Assembly: GCA_002366835.1 (NCBI GenBank)
Contig: DFBZ01000147.1
Location: 13,649-77,648, forward strand
Direction: 5' to 3'
DNA: 64,000 bases
Source of the DNA: Gammaproteobacteria bacterium UBA3067
GTDB lineage: Bacteria; Pseudomonadota; Gammaproteobacteria; Pseudomonadales; UBA3067
Numbering within the stretch: the first letter of the stretch is position 1; each line of letters begins with the position of its first letter. Below the pieces are notes generated by a model that did no database searches, was not told where the DNA came from, and was given only the letters and a program-made list of their open reading frames with translations. Positions 1 to 10,281 of the stretch are shown in pieces. Both the position numbers and the translations under genes were made by a program.

Positions 1-4
1 GGTG

Positions 5-40
5 GGTGCTTAAAACATAAGCACCTTAGGGTTTTTATTT
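5..40 (+). terminator. Stem-loop followed by a T-rich tract. Possible terminator of a gene ending upstream of the window, or bidirectional with the 44..463 gene.
   Basis: Perfect 8-bp inverted repeat GGTGCTTA (5-12) / TAAGCACC (18-25), followed by TTAGGGTTTTTATTTT. Confidence 0.4.
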
Positions 41-43
41 TCT

Positions 44-463
44 TTAAGGAATTGTTAACAGCACCTTCAACTTACTGCTAATTGAATCGGCACTCAAGTA
101 ACCAATACCATCCTTATTTTCTGCTAACCAGACAACCATATTCTCTTCACTGCTGACCTGGTCAAGGGGTTTACCTTTACCAGTGAAAATACGGTTAGCC
201 CAGTAGGCTTTCATTTTGCTGGGGTCTTTTCCCACCACCTTCGTATCAAACTCGATTTTTAAGGCATTGCTATCGGGCAAGTTTACGGCACGTACTTTGC
301 TGCCATTGATCTTTGCCGTTTTACCCAAAAAGAGTTTTTTTAAGGTAGCCTGATCCACCGCAGAGATATTACTTTTTGCGTGGGCCACCACCATCACCTC
401 TGCCATGGATATTCCTGACAAGAGACAACATAGCATCCCTGTAGCGAGTGCTTTATATTTCAT
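44..463 (-). CDS. Small secreted PstS-like (type-2 periplasmic binding fold) single-domain protein
   Basis: 139-aa ORF with an N-terminal signal peptide (MKYKALATGMLCCLLSGISMA). AGGAG lies upstream of the ATG. The body (LKKLFLGK...W...GKP...GIGY) resembles the short PBP-like domain proteins related to phosphate-binding proteins. Confidence 0.55.
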   Translation of the reverse strand: MKYKALATGMLCCLLSGISMAEVMVVAHAKSNISAVDQATLKKLFLGKTAKINGSKVRAVNLPDSNALKIEFDTKVVGKDPSKMKAYWANRIFTGKGKPLDQVSSEENMVVWLAENKDGIGYLSADSISSKLKVLLTIP

Positions 464-478
464 ACAACTATCTCCTAT

Positions 479-1861
479 TTAGAATACCATGGTGTAGGCA
501 ACTTGCAGCTTGATCACTTCATCAGGCACATCACCGGTGAAGGTATCCAGAGCTGGCAGTTCGTTAAACAAACCGGTACTTGGCAGAGCGGCCTGGTCCG
601 TGCCCGCCAATGGGCCAGAAGTACGGATATTGTCGTCACCCAGCTCAATATATTGCGCTTCAAACTTCAAAGCTGCCCAAGGTTGAATATCATAACGCAA
701 ACCTAAGATTGCAGACGTCTGGGTCTGGTTTACCAGAATCGAATCTTCTGATTCATGCACAGAATAGGTGAAGTGGGGCATCATTTTATTTAAGCGATAA
801 CCCAAGGTTACAAAACCGGTGTTGGAGTCAGGAAATGGTAAACCACGAACACTACGCCGCGCCACTTCCGTCATAAAGAAAATACTATCACCATCATATC
901 TCATACCCGCAGAATAAAACTCAGCCTCACCATTGCCGTTAGGAACGGCAGCAAATAACGACTGGTTGAACTGTCCCTCTATATAAGACTTTTTCAGATC
1001 TTCAATAGTCTCTGTTTGTTTTGTTCCATAGTCACCCGGCACAATTCCCAGTGCAGCCAGAGTCTCCTGAGCGTCTGCGTTACCATTACTAGTACCATCA
1101 CCAGCAGCATTAAGCAGAGCAAGCAAGCCGGTGGCCGTCATCATAGCCGCACCAGCCTCTGCCTGTAGATTTTGCGCAATAGGCAAGCTACTTACCGCAT
1201 CAGAAATCTGCATTGAAAATTCTACGGTCGATACACTCGCCCTTAACTCCAAACTCTCAGTCCCGAAGGAAAATGAAGCACCATACATTCGTGTAATTTC
1301 ACCGGGGATATCGGTTCCCATTGTTGGAATCGACATATTATCTCGACCCATATAGAACTTGGCATTGATCCAGGTTTCGTCGAAAAAATGGTTGTAGTCA
1401 AGATTAAAACCCGTCATTGCAGTAAATGGGATGTTGGCAAAACCATAAATCTCTTCCGGTGGTGCTATCCAAGGGTAGGTTACCCCCACATCATACGCTT
1501 CAGAGATTAAGAAAATCGGCAATTTTACTCGCCCAACGTTAACGGTAAAATCCTCTGTCGCCTGCCAGCTAACATATGCCCAGTCAGCCTCCAGGTTCCA
1601 GTCATCACGCCCCCTGGCTATCAACTGCGTTACAAAAGATATGGGCACGTCGACGTTGGGTGCAAAACGCATTTGCAAACCCATAAAGCTGGACTCATTA
1701 AAAGAACCATCTTTATCTGAAAATAAATAGGTTTCGGAAGAATCCACCCAGGCGAAACCGGCGTTCGCAAAACCATTAATTTTGAAATCCGTTGCCGCCA
1801 TGGCTGACATTGGCAATGCCAGTGCCAAGGCGCCGGCAGCGAGTGACTTTTTAATTGACAT
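479..1861 (-). CDS. Outer-membrane porin-like beta-barrel protein
   Basis: The internal start MSIKKSLAAGALALALPMSAMA gives a classic signal peptide (ATG at 1861). The sequence has alternating beta-strand character and a C-terminal aromatic residue (..VAYTMVF), typical of OM barrels. The family was not recognised. Confidence 0.55.
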   Translation of the reverse strand: MSIKKSLAAGALALALPMSAMAATDFKINGFANAGFAWVDSSETYLFSDKDGSFNESSFMGLQMRFAPNVDVPISFVTQLIARGRDDWNLEADWAYVSWQATEDFTVNVGRVKLPIFLISEAYDVGVTYPWIAPPEEIYGFANIPFTAMTGFNLDYNHFFDETWINAKFYMGRDNMSIPTMGTDIPGEITRMYGASFSFGTESLELRASVSTVEFSMQISDAVSSLPIAQNLQAEAGAAMMTATGLLALLNAAGDGTSNGNADAQETLAALGIVPGDYGTKQTETIEDLKKSYIEGQFNQSLFAAVPNGNGEAEFYSAGMRYDGDSIFFMTEVARRSVRGLPFPDSNTGFVTLGYRLNKMMPHFTYSVHESEDSILVNQTQTSAILGLRYDIQPWAALKFEAQYIELGDDNIRTSGPLAGTDQAALPSTGLFNELPALDTFTGDVPDEVIKLQVAYTMVF

Positions 1862-2067
1862 ATGTTCCTCTCCACTAGAGAAAATGAATAAAAAACTGCG
1901 CCAGGATACAAACACCCTAACTACAAACGTCACCTGCTGGCGACTGCAGCCGGATAATCCCAGCCCTTGTTTTTTAACTCTAGTAGAGATCTTGAGGTGT
2001 GCCTAAAAAACTATTGATTTTTGACGGCTTTCCTCTATTTGTTAGAGAAAAGTACAGATCACCTGCT

Positions 2068-2727
2068 TTATTGAAGTTTTTCGATAAAGACTTCAGCCTC
2101 ATTGATGGATTTTTCCATCGCAATGACCAGCCTGCCCACATCGCGCTCGATACCGCCCAGCTCTGCTCTTACGGCAGTGATGGCTTGCGCATTGAGATTA
2201 TGTTTAAGAAAAAGGGTTTGATCGCGCAAGGTGTTTAACACGGGGGCCATTTTTGCTTCGGCCTGCCGCATTAGCAGCATTAGTTTTTTATATTGGCGCT
2301 TTGTTTTAATCAGTTTAGCGTTGCTAATACTGCGTAATTTCCCATTGCTGTAAAGTGCTAGTTCTTTTTCCCATTCGTTGAAAAGCGCTTCTGAAACGCT
2401 TTCGACTGCTGCAATTTTGTCGCTCACTTCCTGTGCGGCAGCTTCACTTGTTTCGTATTCAGACTGGAGAGCTTTATAGCGTTTCTCCAGCGTTGTTTCT
2501 TCGAGACGAAGTACCGCTTTGAACTCATCCAGGGCTGAGACAAATTGCTCCTTTGTTTCTTCCTGTGCGTGCTGTGCATCTTCGATACGGTCTTTAAGAA
2601 TATCTCTTTTATGAATACCCACTTTTTCCATGGCAGAAAAATACATGCTGTCGCAGCTTGTCAGGCTGAGTGCAACCAATAAGAAAAGTGCTGTCCGGAG
2701 CATATTCGTTCCACTGTTTAACTTCAT
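2068..2727 (-). CDS. DUF2959 family lipoprotein
   Basis: Lipobox LTSC, followed by DSMYFSAMEKVGIHKRDILKDRIEDAQ and a C-terminal LKHNLNAQAI region. This matches my recollection of the DUF2959 family. Start chosen at MKLNSG; the longest ORF reaches 2757. Confidence 0.7.
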   Translation of the reverse strand: MKLNSGTNMLRTALFLLVALSLTSCDSMYFSAMEKVGIHKRDILKDRIEDAQHAQEETKEQFVSALDEFKAVLRLEETTLEKRYKALQSEYETSEAAAQEVSDKIAAVESVSEALFNEWEKELALYSNGKLRSISNAKLIKTKRQYKKLMLLMRQAEAKMAPVLNTLRDQTLFLKHNLNAQAITAVRAELGGIERDVGRLVIAMEKSINEAEVFIEKLQ

Positions 2728-3023
2728 ATCGACTCTCACTTGCTTTACTCGGTTCATTACGGCGCTCTAATAGTTTTATAACGCCAATCAAAGAAGTTTA
2801 TCATGCCCGTGGATTTGTGCCATTTGGGGCTAGTCGGCTGGCAGTCGTAGGCTCGACAATGCCGTGAGCACTCGTTAGTATGCGAAACCTTCGCCGCTCA
2901 AGGGAATTTACTGGTGAATACCAGCGGGGCACAGACTCCGTTTTAAATATCTTGCTCGACACCATTGTCGCCAAGCGCAATGATACAATAATAACCTATA
3001 TTATCAGCTAGATAAGGCTCGCT

Positions 3024-5336
3024 ATGAATAACTTCCCCCTCGGCCCGTTTGTATTACGTCACCGCTGGCTTATTGTCATCATGACGCTACTGATGGTCGG
3101 CTTGTTTGGTTTTCAGATTCGCAACATCACCATGACAGATGATCTGAATGTATTTTTTGCCGAAGATAATCCGCAACTGCTGGCCTTTAACCGCTTTAAA
3201 GATTCCTATGGCGAAACGAAGAATGCCTATATCGCTATGGCACCTGATAACAAGAATATTTACACCCGCCAGAACCTTGCTCTGATTGAGGAGTTCACCG
3301 AAAGAGCCTGGCAGACCCCCTACTCCCACCGCGTGGACTCATTACAAAACTTTCAGCGCACCCGCGTTACTGAAGATGAGCTACAGGTCGACAATGCCTA
3401 CGAAAATGCCCATACGCTCAGCCCTGAAGCGATAGCGGATCTACGAGACTATGCAAGTAATCATGATGTATTGGCCGATAAGTTGGTGGCAAGAGACGGC
3501 TCGATCGCTGCGGTTGCGATCACCTTTAATTTAACAGATGGTGAAGGTGCGCCTGCAAAACGCCAAGAGGTGATAGATCACCTCGAAAAGTTAATGGCAG
3601 ACCTCAAGGCGACTTACCCTGGAGTGACTTTCTATGAAACTGGCGGGGTCTATGTCAACAAGGCCTTTGCTGAAGCCATGCTCAAAGACGGGCTTGCCTT
3701 AATGCCCTTGATGGTGGGCCTGATGGTTGTTTTGATGATCGCTTTCCTACGCTCTGTGGCAGGTATGTTTGCCACCATGCTGGTGGTGATCTTTTCAGCA
3801 GTCGTCGCCGTAGGGGGTGTGGTCACACTGGGCATTACAATGACAAATGTGACCGCCATGGCACCCATCGTTGTGCTCACAGTCGGGGTGGCAGATAGTG
3901 TACATATTCTTATTTCCATGTTTCAGGCCATGGGGCATGGTAAGAGCAAGGATGAAGCTATCCTGGAAACCCTGCGTATTAACCACCAACCTATATTTCT
4001 CACCAGTTTAACCACAATCATTGGCTTTTTGAGCCTGAATTTTAACGAATCCCCACCTTTCAGGGATATGGGTAATGAAGTCGCCATTGGTGTTTTAGCC
4101 GCGTACCTTCTTTCTATTCTGTTCTTACCTGCGCTTCTCAGCCTGATTCCCATCAAGGCAAGAAAGGTTAAGGATGACGACACTCCCGCCATGGAACACT
4201 TGGGTGCGCTCGTTAGCAAGCGCTACCCCTTGGTGCTTGGGGCAATGCTTGTTTTTATTGCCGGCCTCGCCTCACAAATTCCAAAACTGGAATTTAACGA
4301 TATGTTTTTGGAGTATTTCGATAAAACCATCGAGTTTCGACGTACCAGCGATTTCCTGATGGAGAATATGGTGGGAATGGTGGGAATTTCTTACGATGTT
4401 GATTCGGGGGAAGAAGGAGGGATTAATAACCCTGCCTACCTGAGTGATTTGAACAAACTCAGGCAGTGGATGCTCACGCAACACAAAGTACAGTATGTCA
4501 GCTCTTATGACGGCATTATCTTTGAGCTAAACCAAACCATGAATAATGACGATGAAAGCTTCTACCGTGCTCCAGAATCCCGTGAACTGGCCTCACAGTA
4601 CCTGCTCATGTATGAAATGTCTCTGCCTATGGGCCGGGATATTAGTAATAGCATCAGTGATGATCGCAGCCGTTCGAGCTTAAACCTGAATATCGAAAAC
4701 GCAAAGACAAGCGAAATTATCGACCTGGCGGAAAAAGTAGATGCTTGGGCAAAAGCAAATACGCCCAACCTTATCCTGTCCCCTGCTATTGGGGAGACCA
4801 TTATGTTTGCCCATATTGCCAAGCGAAATATTATCAGTATGGTGAACGGTGCTTTTCTCGCCTTATTTCTTATTTCTGTCATCCTGCTAATTTCTTTACG
4901 CAATATCAAACTGGGCGTTTTAAGTTTGGCGCCCAATGTATTGCCTCTGGTGATGGCCTTTGGCGCTTGGTCCATGCTAGTGGGAGAGCTGGGAATGTCA
5001 GGCGGCGCGGTGTTGGTCATCGCTTTAGGCATTATCGTGGATGATACCGTGCATTTTTTAAGTAAGTACCTGCGGGCTAAAAGGGAGCTGCACTTAAGTA
5101 CCCATGATGCAATTCTTTATTCTTTTCGTACTGTCGGTGTCGCCCTGTTAGTAACGTCTATCGTGCTGGTAATCGGCTTTACGGTGCTTTACGGCTCTGC
5201 ATTTAAACCCACCAAGGACATGGGCTTACTCATCTCTCTAACGGTTGCCTTCGCCTTAACGGCAACGTTTTTTATTATTCCACCGCTGCTTTTAATTATT
5301 GATAAAGCAAAATTTCGCGCTAAAAATAATAACTAA
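3024..5336 (+). CDS. RND-superfamily (MMPL/HAE3-like) exporter, paralog 1
   Basis: 770 aa with two blocks of about 6 TM helices separated by large soluble loops. Shares conserved blocks with the two other copies in this window: FFAEDNPQLLAF, WQTPYSHRVDSLQNFQ, GIIVDDTVHFLSKYLRAK. Confidence 0.8.
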   Translation: MNNFPLGPFVLRHRWLIVIMTLLMVGLFGFQIRNITMTDDLNVFFAEDNPQLLAFNRFKDSYGETKNAYIAMAPDNKNIYTRQNLALIEEFTERAWQTPYSHRVDSLQNFQRTRVTEDELQVDNAYENAHTLSPEAIADLRDYASNHDVLADKLVARDGSIAAVAITFNLTDGEGAPAKRQEVIDHLEKLMADLKATYPGVTFYETGGVYVNKAFAEAMLKDGLALMPLMVGLMVVLMIAFLRSVAGMFATMLVVIFSAVVAVGGVVTLGITMTNVTAMAPIVVLTVGVADSVHILISMFQAMGHGKSKDEAILETLRINHQPIFLTSLTTIIGFLSLNFNESPPFRDMGNEVAIGVLAAYLLSILFLPALLSLIPIKARKVKDDDTPAMEHLGALVSKRYPLVLGAMLVFIAGLASQIPKLEFNDMFLEYFDKTIEFRRTSDFLMENMVGMVGISYDVDSGEEGGINNPAYLSDLNKLRQWMLTQHKVQYVSSYDGIIFELNQTMNNDDESFYRAPESRELASQYLLMYEMSLPMGRDISNSISDDRSRSSLNLNIENAKTSEIIDLAEKVDAWAKANTPNLILSPAIGETIMFAHIAKRNIISMVNGAFLALFLISVILLISLRNIKLGVLSLAPNVLPLVMAFGAWSMLVGELGMSGGAVLVIALGIIVDDTVHFLSKYLRAKRELHLSTHDAILYSFRTVGVALLVTSIVLVIGFTVLYGSAFKPTKDMGLLISLTVAFALTATFFIIPPLLLIIDKAKFRAKNNN

Positions 5337-6564
5337 GCGTTACCTGTAAGGAATCATCGTCACGCAAATCGTAAAGCAGACGATCACTTTCAAGAGGCGT
5401 TAATACCGAGGGCTGAGGCTGGTGAGAAATAATGGTGGATTCCAGGCTAAGTGCCAGGGATTCACCCATTTCTATACTGCCTTCAATAACAAACACGCGC
5501 GCGAAGCGATCTACATCCTGTATCCACAGCACCACCAGTTCGGCACTATTGAGATTATTGAGTGCCCAGCGTGCGCCAACGGCAATATCTTCTTCATAAG
5601 GGTTTAATGCAGCTTGGTCCCGGCTATCGTAAAGAAACTCTGCAATGATACCAAGATCCTGAACACCGCCTCCCAAAGCGTAAAAGGTATATTCAAACCC
5701 ACTTGTCAGCGCGGAATAATCCTCTTTTTCAAAAAATAAATTTGGCTGGCCCTCTCGATAAATACTTTCTAGCTTAAACAGCCATTGATCTTTAATGTAT
5801 TGCGCCTCAAGCCCCAGCTGTTTGATTTGAGGGTAGTAAGGCAGAATTGTGGGGCTATCTGCTGAAAAGACATAACTCGGGTCGCGGCCTGTGCCTTGAA
5901 AATATGAAAGGGCTAAGTCAGCACTATTGAAACTTTTGGTGATTCTAGCGGCAAAGTCGATATGCTTTTCTTCATCGTCATCTTCGTAGAGCGGATTATC
6001 CTGATCAATAGGCAAGGAAAAGCGCAAGCGCCCTTCTTCACCAGGAAAGGTTTGTTCACGAAAGTGAGGCAATAGATAGAAATCTACCAGGCCATTTTCA
6101 ATAGGCATTGTAAGGGCAACCATCGCTTGCCCTAGTTTTGTTTCTCTATCGGGCGACTCAACAAGATCGGTTTGCCCAATAATATCCACCAAATGATTCG
6201 TTTCTGTAACCCCCCAGAAAACACGATTTACTCCGGCCAAGACTTCAAAGCGCGGGCTTATCCAGCGTAAATAAGCCTTTCTAACATCCCCCTTGGTGCG
6301 CTCCCAGTCAGCATCGTCATAGCGATTAAAAACATCTATTTCAGCATCGATATTTTCACCAAAATCCCCAGAAACATTAAATGCCATCGCAAAAGAGCGG
6401 CTTTGATCCTCTTGACCCGCATAGGATGCTGATTGGTTAAACAGGCGGGTTTGCAGGGAAAGCTCCCCCTCCCCTTGGAGTTGCGCGTTAGCATTCAAAG
6501 CCAGTAACACCAAGGGTAAGGCGAGCAGCCGAGCTGCAACACGGTTTAGGGCTATTCCATTCAT
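5320..6564 (-). CDS. Hypothetical outer-membrane beta-barrel protein
   Basis: 414 aa with a signal peptide (..LALNANAQ), beta-rich sequence and a C-terminal ..TLSYYF. Converges on and overlaps RND paralog 1 by 17 bp, and is divergent from paralog 2. Confidence 0.5.
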   Translation of the reverse strand: MNGIALNRVAARLLALPLVLLALNANAQLQGEGELSLQTRLFNQSASYAGQEDQSRSFAMAFNVSGDFGENIDAEIDVFNRYDDADWERTKGDVRKAYLRWISPRFEVLAGVNRVFWGVTETNHLVDIIGQTDLVESPDRETKLGQAMVALTMPIENGLVDFYLLPHFREQTFPGEEGRLRFSLPIDQDNPLYEDDDEEKHIDFAARITKSFNSADLALSYFQGTGRDPSYVFSADSPTILPYYPQIKQLGLEAQYIKDQWLFKLESIYREGQPNLFFEKEDYSALTSGFEYTFYALGGGVQDLGIIAEFLYDSRDQAALNPYEEDIAVGARWALNNLNSAELVVLWIQDVDRFARVFVIEGSIEMGESLALSLESTIISHQPQPSVLTPLESDRLLYDLRDDDSLQVTLSYYF

Positions 6565-6868
6565 ATAGTTAACACTCTCGTTTCGGGGTTGAATAGAGCC
6601 GAATCAAAGCTACAGATTATTGTAGGCTATTATGAGCGTCAAAACTTGCGTGCTTACCCTTACAACATACCCCGGTTACAAAATATCTTTTTTGCAAGTT
6701 ACCGTAAGGCTACGACATTGTTACATAATCTATACCTGCGACTACATGACACACCCAGGTCGCCATCGACTAATCACTTATACTCTTACTAACGTCGCCA
6801 TTAAGTACATCATTCTCATGGCTTAAACTCTCCAACTTCTTCATATAACGTCGGAAATACAGATCACT

Positions 6869-9190
6869 ATGAATCACTACGCAACAGCTCTGCTTCAAAA
6901 AAAACGTTATGGAATAATATTTTCTCTCATTTTTGTGGTTCTAGTATCCGCTGGCCTGCCCTCTTTAAAGTTTTCAAGCGACTACCGTATATTTTTTAGC
7001 GAGCAAAACCCTCAGCTCAAAGCCTTTAACGAGTTCCAGGAGCGCTTCGGATCGCAAGACAATATTATGATTGCCATAGAATCGACGGATGGCAATATAT
7101 TTCAAAAAGACATTCTCGAACTCATCCATCGATACAGCAAGCTTGCCTGGAAGACACCCTATTCCAAGCGTGTTGATTCACTGAGCAATTACCAGCACAC
7201 CGAAACAGAAAATGATGACATGATCGTAAGTGCGCTGGTAAAGGACGACTCTACTCTAACGCCACAAGACATTGAAAATATTCGATCGGTTGCACTCAAT
7301 GAACGTGAACTGGTGGGTAGGCTGGTTTCCCACCGAGGGCATGTCACTGCCATCAACATCACCATGGACCTGCCCCCCGATGCCGGTAAGGAAGAAGCCG
7401 AAGCAATGGCCTTCGCCAGAGACCTTGCTAGCCGAATTGAACAAGAAAACCCAAAGCTTAAGACCTATCTTTCTGGTCAAACCCCTTTGAACGCTGCATT
7501 TATCGAGTCTGTTATTCATGATGGTTTAACATTAATGCCACTGATGCTTTTGGTTATCATCGCAACCACCTATGCTTTCCTACGTTCTTGGGCGGGAACA
7601 GCCGGAAGTATGATAGTGGTTTCACTTTCTGTGATTACCGCATTTGGCCTGGGTGGACACCTCGGCATATTGCAAAGTAGCACGACAGGTGCCGCACCGG
7701 TGGTCATTCTGACGCTTGCGATAGCTGATTCTATTCACCTGCTATCAACATTTTTTCATGAGCTACGCCACAACAAAAGCAGACAGGAGGCAATGCGGGA
7801 ATCATTACGCATCAATATTCAGCCTATTTTTCTGACTAGCTTCACCACTGCAATTGGTTTTTTTAGCCTTAACTTTAGTGAAATACCGCCCATCAGAGAC
7901 CTTGGAAATACCGTTGCTTTAGGTGTGATTGCTGCGTTTATATTCTCTACTGTTACGCTGCCTATCTTTATGATGTTTATTCCGCTAAAAACAGAAAACC
8001 TCTCGCAAGATCTACCACACAAGCTAATGGATACGTTACATCAATGGGTAGTAAAACATTATCGGGGAATTATTATTTTTTTCGCGGTGGTGGTGCCAAT
8101 ATTTACCGCTTATATCCCGCGAATAGAATTTAATGATCTATTTGCGGAATATTTTAGCGACTCCATTGAGTTCCGCAGAGATAACGATTTTATTCTCGAA
8201 AACTTAACCGGGGTAATGGCCCTGCATTATTCAGTTGATGCAGAGTCTGCTGATGAAATATACAACCCCGCTTATCTGGAACAACTACAGCACTTTGGTG
8301 ACTGGTTTGAACAGCAACCCGAAACGCTGCATGTTGATTCATTAGCAACACTGGTAAAGCGACTAAACAAAGTTCTACATAATGATGACCCAGCTCGTTA
8401 TGCAATTCCAGATGATGCTGACGAAATTGCACAGTATATATTTTTTTATGAGCTTTCTTTGCCCTACGGATTAGACCTTAAAAACAAAATGGACGCACAT
8501 CGCAGCAGTTCGCGCTTGACTGTTACCATTAAAAATACAAAATCCAAGGATCTCATCGATCTGGATGAGCGAGCCATGGCTTGGCTGGCTACAAATGCAC
8601 CTGATCTAAAAATAAAAAGCTCGGTGGGCCCCTCGATTATGTTTTCACATATCTCTGAAAAAAACTTGGGCAGCATGATTCAGGGGCTCGTAACGGCAAT
8701 TTTTTTAATCACCATCGCGTTAATGATCTCATTAAAAAGCATCCCTCTTGGTTTACTTAGTTTAATCCCGAATATTGCACCCACCCTTATGGCCTATGGG
8801 GTATGGAGTTTATGGGTGGGTGAGATTGGCATGACCGGTGCGATAATGAGTGTTGTCGGCTTGGGTATTATCGTAGATAACACGGTACACTTTTTAAGTA
8901 AGTATCTGCGCGCACGCAAAGAACAGAATAAGTCGGCGGAAGAAGCCATTCACTATGCATTTAATACGGTGGGCATTGCACTGGGTGTAACATCTACTGT
9001 ACTTATTGTGGGATTCCTCGTATTGGTGCTATCTGCATTCGAGCTCAATGTCGTACTGGGGAAGTTGGTTGCCTTGGACTTATTTTTTTCTCTTATTATC
9101 ACTTACCTACTATTGCCTTCCCTATTACTACTTGGTGCGAAAAGACATACGAAGGACAACAAAGCACCTTCCGATTCTTCCATTTCATAA
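6869..9190 (+). CDS. RND-superfamily (MMPL/HAE3-like) exporter, paralog 2
   Basis: 773 aa with the same architecture as paralog 1. Conserved blocks: FFSEQNPQLKAF, WKTPYSKRVDSLSNYQ, GIIVDNTVHFLSKYLRAR. Confidence 0.8.
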   Translation: MNHYATALLQKKRYGIIFSLIFVVLVSAGLPSLKFSSDYRIFFSEQNPQLKAFNEFQERFGSQDNIMIAIESTDGNIFQKDILELIHRYSKLAWKTPYSKRVDSLSNYQHTETENDDMIVSALVKDDSTLTPQDIENIRSVALNERELVGRLVSHRGHVTAINITMDLPPDAGKEEAEAMAFARDLASRIEQENPKLKTYLSGQTPLNAAFIESVIHDGLTLMPLMLLVIIATTYAFLRSWAGTAGSMIVVSLSVITAFGLGGHLGILQSSTTGAAPVVILTLAIADSIHLLSTFFHELRHNKSRQEAMRESLRINIQPIFLTSFTTAIGFFSLNFSEIPPIRDLGNTVALGVIAAFIFSTVTLPIFMMFIPLKTENLSQDLPHKLMDTLHQWVVKHYRGIIIFFAVVVPIFTAYIPRIEFNDLFAEYFSDSIEFRRDNDFILENLTGVMALHYSVDAESADEIYNPAYLEQLQHFGDWFEQQPETLHVDSLATLVKRLNKVLHNDDPARYAIPDDADEIAQYIFFYELSLPYGLDLKNKMDAHRSSSRLTVTIKNTKSKDLIDLDERAMAWLATNAPDLKIKSSVGPSIMFSHISEKNLGSMIQGLVTAIFLITIALMISLKSIPLGLLSLIPNIAPTLMAYGVWSLWVGEIGMTGAIMSVVGLGIIVDNTVHFLSKYLRARKEQNKSAEEAIHYAFNTVGIALGVTSTVLIVGFLVLVLSAFELNVVLGKLVALDLFFSLIITYLLLPSLLLLGAKRHTKDNKAPSDSSIS

Positions 9191-9273
9191 GCGGGTATAG
9201 AAAGTGGTATTAAATATATAAATACGGCAGTATGAGGGGCTTCGATAGTCGCCCCCCTCATAAGGCTCTTACA

Positions 9274-10281
9274 ATGCTTCGCCGGTACTTTTTGTTTTTC
9301 ATTGCAGCAAATTCACTGCTATTTCAAGCCATCAATGCTTATGCCGGCGCAGAGCAACCTACCCGACTGATACTTCTCGACACCCTTGTTCTAAACCACA
9401 ACAACTCGCTTCAGCCCTCTGGATTAAGTGTTTGCCAAAACCGGCTTATTATGATTTCAGATAATCGGGACTTTTCTATTTATGTCCTGCACCCTTCAAA
9501 CAGAAAGAGTCCACTGAGTTTAATCCGCAAGATCACCATCAGCCCTCCCTCCCTCCCTTCATCACTTCCCTGGAAGAATACCCTGCAAACAAAGCTAGGA
9601 ATGATGTTTTCTCCTAAAACATACGATTGGGAGGCCATTACTTGTGACCGTGAAGGAAATATCTATCTCGCCAGTGAAACATTCTTCAATATCGCAAAAA
9701 TAGATGAATCTGGAAACGCGCAATGGTTAATGCACAACCTTTACGAACGCGGTGCCAAAGAGGGTTTTTTTAGTGTGTACAACGGTGGTATAGAGGGGCT
9801 AGCATGGTTTGGTCTTGATACACTTTATATTGCCGCAGAAAGGAATAAACGTGGCATTATTAAAGCTCAAATCAGGGCGGGAAAATGGGAAGTAACACAA
9901 ACGGATTTAATTCCAGATTCCCGCTTTGCTGGCTATCCAGAACGCGCCCAAGACCTAGCGGGTTTATGGCAAGAAGGGGATTACATTTTTACTCTGGAGC
10001 GAAATAACTTTCTGGTCTGTCGGAGACGGTTAATCGATATGATTGTAGAAACATGCTGGAGTTATAGTCATATCGAAAATGCACCAAAGTTTCGTTACAA
10101 AGATAGCCAGTTTGGTATTGCAGAAGGTATAGCTCGCCAAGGAGATAAACTGTATATCGTGGTGGATAATAATGAAAAAGCACACGTTAGCAGCAATACA
10201 GATACACAAGCTATGCTGTTGATTTATAAACTACCGGAAGACTGGCTTCCTAGCATCCCAAGGGCTGGGGATAACCAATAA
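9274..10281 (+). CDS. Secreted SdiA-regulated/YjiK-family beta-propeller protein
   Basis: Signal peptide MLRRYFLFFIAANSLLFQAINAYA. Blocks ISDNRDFSIYVL, GIEGLAW and AEGIARQGDKLYIVVDNNE parallel E. coli YjiK (ISDERDYAIYVI, GFEGLAY, AEGVAMD..IYIVSEPN), recalled from memory. The longest ORF starts at 9232. Confidence 0.6.
   Translation: MLRRYFLFFIAANSLLFQAINAYAGAEQPTRLILLDTLVLNHNNSLQPSGLSVCQNRLIMISDNRDFSIYVLHPSNRKSPLSLIRKITISPPSLPSSLPWKNTLQTKLGMMFSPKTYDWEAITCDREGNIYLASETFFNIAKIDESGNAQWLMHNLYERGAKEGFFSVYNGGIEGLAWFGLDTLYIAAERNKRGIIKAQIRAGKWEVTQTDLIPDSRFAGYPERAQDLAGLWQEGDYIFTLERNNFLVCRRRLIDMIVETCWSYSHIENAPKFRYKDSQFGIAEGIARQGDKLYIVVDNNEKAHVSSNTDTQAMLLIYKLPEDWLPSIPRAGDNQ

Noticed and set aside
2893-2945. 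AAGGGAA...GGTGAA..CC string in the leader of RND paralog 1, which superficially resembles the core of a cobalamin riboswitch.
   Set aside because: There is no B12-box (AGCCAGGAGACCTGCC-like) and no CCCGC.ACTGT segment, and the genomic context is implausible. It is probably just local hairpins (CTGGT-GAAT-ACCAG).
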